Shown here one piece after another: positions 56,133 through 64,000 of a stretch of 64,000 nt of DNA; the stretch's first letter is position 1; every line of letters starts with the position of its first letter. The notes under the pieces are model-generated. The model was not told where the DNA came from. It was given only the letters and a program-made list of their open reading frames with translations, and did no database searches. The position numbers and the translations under genes are program-made. This stretch comes from the human T2T-CHM13v2.0 reference genome, Homo sapiens: assembly GCF_009914755.1 (NCBI RefSeq), contig NC_060928.1, one strand, 5' to 3'.

Positions 56133-56320
56133 TCACTTTTCTGGGGGACAAGAACCCCCCGACCCCTTCTCTCCATGTCTCTACCCCTTCTCCACTTTTC
56201 TGGAAGGTAAGAACCCCCCGACCACTTCTCTCCATGTCTCTATCCCTTCTCTGCTTTTCTAGGGGGCAAGAACCCCCCCACCCCTTCTCTTCATGTCTCT
56301 ACTGTCTCTTTTCTCTGGGC
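56133..56320 (+). repeat. HERV-H leader tandem repeats (3 units of about 55-60 bp)
   Basis: cttttct(g/a)g...aagaacccccc...ccttctct(c/t)catgtctcta repeated three times. Confidence 0.85.
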
Positions 56321-56379
56321 TTGCCTCCTTCACTATAGGCAAGCTTCCGCCCTCCATTCCCCCTTCTTCTCCCTTAGCC

Positions 56380-57567
56380 TGTGTTCTTAAAAACCTAAAA
56401 CCTCTTCAACTCACACCTGACCTAAAACCTAAATGCCTTATTTTCTTCTGCAATGGCACTTGCCCCCATACAAACTCGACAGTGGTTCCAAATAGCCAGA
56501 AAATGGCACTTTCAATTTTTCCACCCTACAAGATCTAAATAATTCTTGTTGTAAAATGGGCAAATGGTCTGAGGTGCCTGACGTCCAGGCATTCTTTTAC
56601 ACATCAGTCCCTCCCTAGTCTCTGTTCCCAATGCAACTCATCCCACATCTTCCCTCTTTCCCTCCCGCCTGTCCCCTCAGTCCCAACCCCAAGTGTCACT
56701 GAGTCTAATCTTCCTTTTCTACAGACCCATCTAACCTCTCCCCTCCTAGCCAGGCTGAGCTAGGTCCAAATTCTTCCTCAGCCTCCACTCCTCCACCCTA
56801 TAATCTTTTTATCACCTCCCCTCCTCACACCCAGTCTGGCTTACACTTTCATTCCATGTGTAGCCCTTCCCCACCTGCCCAGCAATTTCCTCTTAAAAAG
56901 GTGGCTGGAGCTAAAGGCATAGTCAAGGTTAATGCTCCTTTTTCTTTATCCCAAATCAGATAGCGTTTAGGCTCTTTTTCATCAAATATAAAAACCCAGC
57001 CCAGTTCATGGCTTGTTTGGCAGCAACCCTGAGATGCTTTACAGCCCTAGACCCTAAAAGGTCAAAAGGCCAACTTATTCTTAATATGCATTTTATTACC
57101 CAATCCACTCCCAACATTAAATAAAACTCCAAAAAATAAATTCCGGCCCTCAAACCCCACAACAGGACTTAATTAACCTCACCTTCAAGGTGTATAATAA
57201 TAGAATAGAGACAGCCAAGTAGCAACATATTTCTGAGTTGCAATTCCTTGCCTCCACTGTGAGACAAACCCCAGCCACATCTCCAGCACAGAAGAACTTC
57301 CAAACGCCTAAACCACAGTGGCCAGGCGTTCTTCCAGGCCCGCCTCCCCCAGGAGCTTGCTACAAGTGCCAGAAATCTGTCCACCAGGCCAAGGAATGCC
57401 CAAAGCCTGGGATTCCTCCTAAGCCATGTCCCATCTGTACGGGACCCCACTGGAAATTGGACTGTCCAACTTACCCAGAAGCCACTCCCAGAGGCCCTGG
57501 AACTCTGGCCCAAGGCTCTCTGACTGACTCCTTCCCAGATCTTCTCGGCTTAGCAGCTGAAGACTGA
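56380..57567 (+). pseudogene. gag: HERV-H gag remnant
   Basis: ORF 57238-57567 has CYKCQKSVHQAKEC and CPICTGPHWKLDC (CCHC knuckles). The upstream part is frameshifted. Confidence 0.85.
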
Positions 57568-57619
57568 TACCGCCCGATCACCTCGGAAGCCTGCAGGACC
57601 ATCACAGACGCTCTAGGTA

Positions 57620-59940
57620 ACTCTCTCGGTGGAAGGTAAGTCTGTCCCCTTCTTAATCAATATGGAGGCTACCCACTCCACATTACCTTCTTTTCAACGG
57701 CCTGTTTCCCTTGCCTCCATAACTGTTGTAAGTACTGACAGCCAGGCTCCTAAACCTCTAAAAACTCCCCAACTCTGGTGCCAACTTAGACAATACTCTT
57801 TTAAGAACTGCTTTTCATTATCCCCACCTGCCCAGTTCCCTTATTAGGCTGAGACACTTTAACTAAATTATCTACTTCCCTGACTATTCCTAGGCTACAG
57901 CCATACCTCATTGCTGCCTTTTCCCCCAGTTCAAAGCCTCCTTCACATCCTCCCCTTGTATCTCCTCACCTTAGCCCACAAGTATAAGACACCTCTACTC
58001 CCTCCTTAGCAACTGATCATGCACCCCTTACCATCCCATTAAAACCTAATCACCCTTACCCTGCTCAATGCCAATATCCCATCCCACAGCACGCTTTAAA
58101 AGGATTAAAGCCTGTTATCATTGGCCTGTTACAGCATGGCCTTTTAAAGCCTATAAACTCTCCTTACAATTCCCCCATTTTACCTGTCCTAAAACCAGAC
58201 AAGGCTTACAGGTTAGTTCAAGATCTGCACCTTATCAACCAAATTATTTTGCCTATCGACCCCGTGGTGCCAAACCCATATACTCTCCTATTCTTAATAC
58301 CTCCCTCCACAACCCATTATTCTGTTCTGGATCTCAAACATTCTTTCTTTACTATTCCTTTGCACCCTTCATCCCAGCCTCTCTTCACTTTCAGTTGGAC
58401 TGACCCTGACACCCATCAGGCTCAGCAAATTACCTGGGCTGTATTGCCACAAGGCTTCACAGACAGCCCCCATTACTTCAGTCAAGCCCAAATTTCTTCC
58501 TCATCTGTTACCTATCTCAGTGTAATCCTCATAAAAACACACATGCTCTCCCTGCCGATCATGTCCGACTGATCTCTCAAACCCCAACACCTTCTACAAA
58601 ACAACAACTCCTTTCCTTCCTAGGCATGGTTGGATACTTTTGACTTTAGATACATGGTTTTGCCATCCTAACAAAACCATTATATAAACTCACAAAAGGA
58701 AACCTAACTGACCCCATAGATCCTACATCCTTTTCCCACTCGTTTTCCGTTCCTTGAAGACAGCTTTAGAGACTGCCCCCACCCTAGCTCTCCCAGACTC
58801 ATCCCAACCCTTTTCATTACCCACAGCTGAAGTGCAGGGCTGTGCAGTAGGAATTCTTACACAAGAACCAGGACCGTGCCCTGTAGCCTTTTTATCCAAA
58901 CAACTTGACCTTACTGTTTTGCCTAGCCTTCAAGTCTGCATGCAGCGGCCGCCACCACCCTAATGCTTTCAGAGGCCCTTAAAATCACAAACTATGCTCA
59001 ACTCACTCTCTACAGTTCTCATAACTTCCAAAATCTATTTTCTTCCTCACACCTGACACATATACCTTCTGCTTCCCAGCTCCTTCAGCTGTACTCACTC
59101 TTTGTTGAGTCTCCCACAATTACCTTTGTTCCTGGCCTGGACTTCAATCTGGCCTCCCACATTATTCCTGATACCACACCTGACCCCCATGACTGTATCT
59201 CTCTGATCTACCTGATATTCACCCCATTTCCCCATATTTCCTTCTTTCCTGTTCCTCACCCTGATCACACTGGTTTATTGATGTCAGTTCCACAAGGCCT
59301 AATTGCCACACACCAGAAAAGGCAGGCTATGCTATAGTACAAGCCACTAGCCCACCTCTTAGAACCTCTCATTTCCTTTCCATCATGGAAATCTATCTTC
59401 AAGGAAATAACTTAGTGTTCCATCTGCTGTTCTACTACTTCTCAGGGATTATTCAGGCCCCCTCCCTTCCCTACACATCAAACTCGGGGATTTGCCCCTG
59501 CCCAGGACTGGCAAATTGGCTTTACTCAACATGCCTGAGTCAGGAAACTAAAATACCTCTTGGTCTGGGTAGACACTTTCACTGGATAGGTAGAGGCCTT
59601 TCCCACAGGGTCTAAGAAGGCCACCATGGTCATTTCTTCCCTTCTGTCAGACATAATTCCTCGGTTTGGCCTTCCCACCTCTATACAGTCCTGTAGCGGA
59701 CCAGCCTTTATTAGTCAAATCATCCAAGCAATTTCTCAGGCTCTTAGTATTCAGTGAACTAATGGTCTTTTAAAAACACACCTCACCAAGCTCAGCCACC
59801 AACTTACAAAGGACTGGACAATATTTTTACCACTTGCCTTTCTCAGAATTCAGGCCTGTCCTTGGAATGCTACAAGGTACAGCCCATATAAGCTCCTGAA
59901 TAGATGCTCCTTTTTATTAGGCCCCAGTCTCATTCCAGAC
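57620..59940 (+). pseudogene. pol: HERV-H pro-pol remnant (PR, partial RT, RNase H, partial IN)
   Basis: FLINMEATHSTLP (dead protease motif), YSVLDLKHSFFTIPL...W..LPQGFTDSP with no YXDD following, TAPTLALPD and PVAFLSKQLD. Integrase-like tgggtagacactttcactgga. Multiple frameshifts. Confidence 0.88.
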
Positions 59941-60547
59941 ACCAGACCAACTTGGACTGTGCCCCAGAAAACTTGTCATCCCTACTATCTTCTGTCTAGT
60001 CATACTCCTATTCACTGTTCTCAACTACTCATAAATGCCCTGCTCTTGTTTACACTGCTGGTTTACGCTGTTTCTCCAAGACATCACAGCTGATATCTCC
60101 TGGTGCTATTCCCAAACCGCCACTCTTAACTCTTAAAGTAAATAAATAATCTTTGCTGGCAAGGCTATGCTGAACCTCCTTAGGCACTCTCTAATTAGGT
60201 GTCCTGGGTCCTCCCAATTCTTAGTCCTTTAATACTTGTTTTTCTCCTTCTCTTATTCCATTTAGTTTTTCAATTCATACAAAACCATATCCAGTCCATC
60301 ACCAATAATTCTACATGACAAATGTTTCTTCTAACAATCCCACAATATCACCCCTTACCACAGAATCTTCCTTCAGCTTAATCTCTCCCACTCTAGGTTC
60401 CCACACCGCCCCTAATCCCGCTCGAAGCAGCCCCGAGAAGCATCGCCCATTATCTCTCCATGCCACCCCCCAAAAAATTTTTCTCACTGCCCCAACACTT
60501 CAATACTATTTTATGTTATTTTTCTTATTAATATAAGAAGGCCGTAA

Positions 60548-60987
60548 TGTCAGGCCTCTGAGCCCAAGCTAAGCCATCGCATCCCCCTGCATGTATACAT
60601 CCAGATGGCCTGAAGTAACTGAAGAATCACAAAAGAAGTGATATTTAAATGGTCTGTTCCTGCCTTAACTGAGGACATTCCACCACAAAAGAAGTGAAAA
60701 TGGCCAGTCCTTGCCTTAACTGATGACATTACCTTGTGAAATTCCTTCTCCTGGCTCAAAAAGCTCCCCCACTGAGCACCTTGTAACCCCCACTCCTGCC
60801 CTCCAGAGAACAACCACCCTTTGACTGTAATTTTCCTTTACCTACCCAAATCCTGTAAAACAGCCCCACCCCTATCTCCCTTGGCTGACTCTTTTCGGAC
60901 TCAGCCTGCCTGCCCCCAGGTGAAATAAACAGCCTTGTTGCTCACACAAGCCTGTTTGGTGGTCTCTTCACAGGGACGCAAGTAAAA
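60548..60987 (+). promoter_or_regulatory. HERV-H 3' LTR7 with poly(A) signal
   Basis: Direct repeat of the 5' LTR, preceded by PPT-like ataagaaggccgtaa. AATAAA at about 60924. Confidence 0.95.
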
Positions 60988-61381
60988 CAAACCTGCCTCC
61001 CATTCTATTCAAAGTCACCCCTCTGCTCACTGAGATAGAGGCATATATGATTGTCTCCTTTGGAAATGCTCATCAGAAACTCAAAAGAATGTAACCCTTT
61101 GTATATCACCTGTCTGTGACCTGGAAGCTCCCTCCCCACTTGCAGTCTTCCTGACTTTGCTTCAAGTTGTCCCACCTTTCCAGACCAAACCAATGTACTT
61201 CTTACATACACTGATTGATGTCTCATGTCTCCTTAAAATATATAAAACCAAGCTGTGCCCTGACCACCTTGGACACATGTTGGTAGGACTTCCTGAGGCT
61301 GTGTCACAGGTGAGTCCTCAACCTTGGCAAAATAAGCTTTCTAAATTAACGGAGACCTGTCTCAGATTTTCTGCATTCACA
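60988..61381 (+). mobile_element. MER4A 5' LTR, right part
   Basis: caaacctgcctcccattctattcaaagtcacccctctgctcactgag...tataaaaccaagctgtg...ttcaca. Confidence 0.88.
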
Positions 61382-62480
61382 TTTTGGTAACCACGGGGGG
61401 ATTCTGAGTGGAGGTGCCCCTGACCTTTAACACGTCTCCTATTGGCATTTTGTACTAGCATGAAATAATTTTATGGCTCAAACCAACAGGACAATTTGCT
61501 GATGTCTGAAAGCACCCCCTCCAGAAATCCCTGATCTTCCAAAATTTGGTCGAGATGTAAAGTTTATTTTTCTATACAACTCATCCTGTTTTTGAGTTTT
61601 ACTTGCTTCCAACAGGAAGGCAAGTTTTCCTGCTTCCATGAGGATAGAAGGCAGGTAACTCCCTTAGGAGTCTGAGCTCACTTCCAACAGGGAAGATCAG
61701 TTTTTGGTTTTTTTGTTTTGTTTTGTTTGTTTGTTTTCCTGCTTCTAGGATGGTAGAGAGTAGTCTACAGCCTGAGACCCACTAGGTAAAGAAACTGGTT
61801 TGGGATTCTTGTTTTGCAAATTCCTTTCAGGTGACTAAAGTTAGCATTTAACAATCAACTGGTGTTAATTTCTGCTTACACTTAGAGTGCGCAGAAATAT
61901 TTGTGTGATCATTGTTAGTTTAGCAGCATTTTGTCTTAGCTGAAATATGGTAATAAAATTTTTAAAAAATTTTTAAAGGAGCTAAATAGTTAAAAGTCAG
62001 CTAAATTAGAAGGCTAACATTCAAGATATGTGTGTATATGTGTGCATGTGTGCTTGTATTTGAAAGGCCTTCATGTTTTTGTTTTTGTTTTTCCTCTCCT
62101 AAGACCTTGTCTTTTTTTGAGCAAAAGTTTTTTTTTTTCTATTTCTTCTCAGTTGACTGAATTCCGTTTTCAATTGATTTTTTTTTTCTAAAATAGTTAT
62201 TGCAACAGAGACTACTCTTGGGGTTTTAAGGAGTAGTGTAGTTTAATTTGACTCAAAGAAAAATAAAAGTGTCTCCCTCTAGCACCACCAGACCTTTTCT
62301 TTCTGTATTTTATGATGTAAATTTTGCTATTTGATTTTCACCTGAGTTTCTTCCTTTAATGTGCAAATTTAAGGCTATTTAGCTGACAATTGCCTAGGGT
62401 TGTGAAACAGTTTATCGAGAATCTGAAAGTCAAAGTGGAAAAAAAGTAGGAGAGGGTCTTTATAAATCTATGATATGTAC

Positions 62481-63199
62481 TGTAATTGCTCAATGGGTTT
62501 ACTTTACCCGCTACCTAAACAGAACCCATTTATCAAGACAGGGGAATTGCAATGGAGAAAATGTAACTTACGCGCAGCAGGCTATGCAGGAGACTGGAGT
62601 TTTATTTTTACTCAAATTGGTCTCTCCTAGCATTCCAAAATCAGTTTTTAAAGATAATTTGGTAGGTAGGGGCTTGGGAAGTGGGGAGTGCTGATTGGTC
62701 AGGAGATGGAATCACAGCGGGGCAAAGTGAGGTTTTCTTGCTGTCTTCTCTTCCTGGGTGCAATGGCAGAACTGGTTGGGCCAGATTACTGGCCTGGGTG
62801 GTGTCAGCTGATCCATCAAGTACAGGATATGCAACATATTCCAAGCACTGATCTTAGGCTTTACAGAAGTGATGTTACCACCAGGAGAAATTTTGGGAGG
62901 TTTGGACTTTTGTTGCCAGAGGCTGCATGACCCCTAAACTGTAATTTCTAATTTTGTAGCTAATTTGTTAATCCTGCAAAGGCAGACTGGTACCCAGGCA
63001 AGAAGGGGGTCTTTTCAGGAAAGGGCTGTAATCAATTTTGTTTCAGAGTCAAAACCATAAACTGAATTCCCTTCCAAAGTTAGTTCAGCCTATACTCAGG
63101 AATGAAAAAGGACAGCTTAAAGGTTATGAGGAAGATGGTGCCAGTTAGGTCAAATCATTTTTTCACTGTCTTAGTTATAATTTTGCAATGGTGTTTTCA
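62481..63199 (-). mobile_element. LTR8 inside the MER4 internal region
   Basis: Minus strand begins tgaaaacaccattgcaaaattataact...gacagtgaaa and ends ccattgagcaattaca. Contains gactctgaaacaaaattgat and ttaggggtcatgcagcctctgg. Confidence 0.85.
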
Positions 63200-63418
63200 T
63201 AACTTTAAATCATGACTATCACAGTTTTGATAAATAATCTAGGTAAACAAAATTAAATAATTAAGTAAATGTAATGGGATAAGTACTTGTATACAAACTG
63301 ATCATAATTTAGAATATAAAGTTATATTAAATTAAATAATAGATATTTCCTTATTTGGGTATTTGGGTATTTTCTAATAAATGTATTTTTTAGAAAAACA
63401 TTCTTGCTAAAAATAAGT

Positions 63419-63419
<1 letters not shown>

Positions 63420-63452
<33 letters not shown>

Positions 63453-63737
63453 AGACGGAGTCTTGCTCGTGATGTCACCCAGCCTGGAGTGCAGTGGTGC
63501 AATCTAAGCTCACTGCAAGCTCCACCTCCCAGGTTCACGCCATTCTCCTGCCTCAGCCTCCTGAGTAGCTGGGGCTACAGGCACCTGCCACCACGCCCGG
63601 CTAATTTTTTGTATTTTTTAGTAGAGACGGGGTTTCACCATGTTAGCCAGGATGGTCTCGATCTCCTGACCTCGTGATCCACCCGCCGTGGCCTCCCATA
63701 GTGCTGGGATTACAGGCATGAGCCACCGCATCCAGCC
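63420..63737 (-). mobile_element. AluY
   Basis: About 32-nt poly(T) and Y diagnostics. TSD a(a/t)ataagtg. Confidence 0.94.
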
Positions 63738-64000
63738 ATATAAGTGACTTTATTTAAAAAAGAAGGTGAAGAAATTTTGTCTAATTCAAAGCTTATTTAA
63801 AGGTTATATATAAAACAAGGTAAAGGGAACCAGGAAATTTAAAAAAAGATGCAAAGAAAGTTATAAAAATAAAGAGGTTTATTTTTTGAGGTAAAAAACT
63901 TTAAAGAGAAATAACGTTATATGAGAAAGAATCTTGTATGTAAGTTTAGTCCTAAAATAAAATAACTGGTTGTTTAAAAAGGAAGGATATTCAGAACAAA

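Larger units (their letters stand above)
55218..60987 (+). mobile_element. HERV-H provirus (common deleted form, about 5.8 kb) with two LTR7
   Basis: Two LTRs, tRNA-His PBS, gag zinc knuckles, pro/RT/IN remnants and PPT. TSD caaac at 55213-55217 and 60988-60992. Confidence 0.97.
61382..64000 (+). mobile_element. MER4-group internal region (continues past the window end)
   Basis: PBS-like tggtaaccacgggggga directly after the LTR, followed by an AT-rich non-coding MER4-type interior. Confidence 0.75.

Noticed and set aside
57238-59615. HERV-H ORFs as functional Gag/Pol
   Set aside because: They are fragmented by stops and frameshifts, the protease catalytic Asp is absent, the RT YXDD motif is missing, and env is largely deleted.

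Overview
This is repeat-dense, AT-rich primate (most likely human) non-coding DNA. I find no protein-coding exon, RNA gene or CRISPR array. Nearly all ORFs in the track are broken pieces of L1, Alu, MaLR or ERV sequence, or chance ORFs. The left three quarters hold a near-full-length decayed L1PB (9.7-17.0 kb, with nested AluY and THE1), about 15 Alus including an AluYd-type copy, MaLR LTRs, MER2, MADE1, MIR, L2 and several L1 pieces, three of them with 5' inversions. The right end (49.7-64 kb) is a four-level nest. An inverted L1 fragment is interrupted by an L1M1-type element, which contains a solo LTR12C and a MER4A provirus. The MER4A element in turn contains a complete two-LTR 5.8 kb HERV-H provirus (TSD CAAAC), an antisense LTR8 and an AluY. 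Two same-orientation strong CTCF motifs lie at about 29.4 and 48.3 kb. I could not support a new biological system. The best leads are the co-oriented ERV promoter stack, the TATA-box variant shared by both HERV-H LTRs, the CTCF pair and several fold-back micro-rearrangements. Repeat subfamily calls come from remembered consensus sequences and need RepeatMasker/Dfam confirmation.
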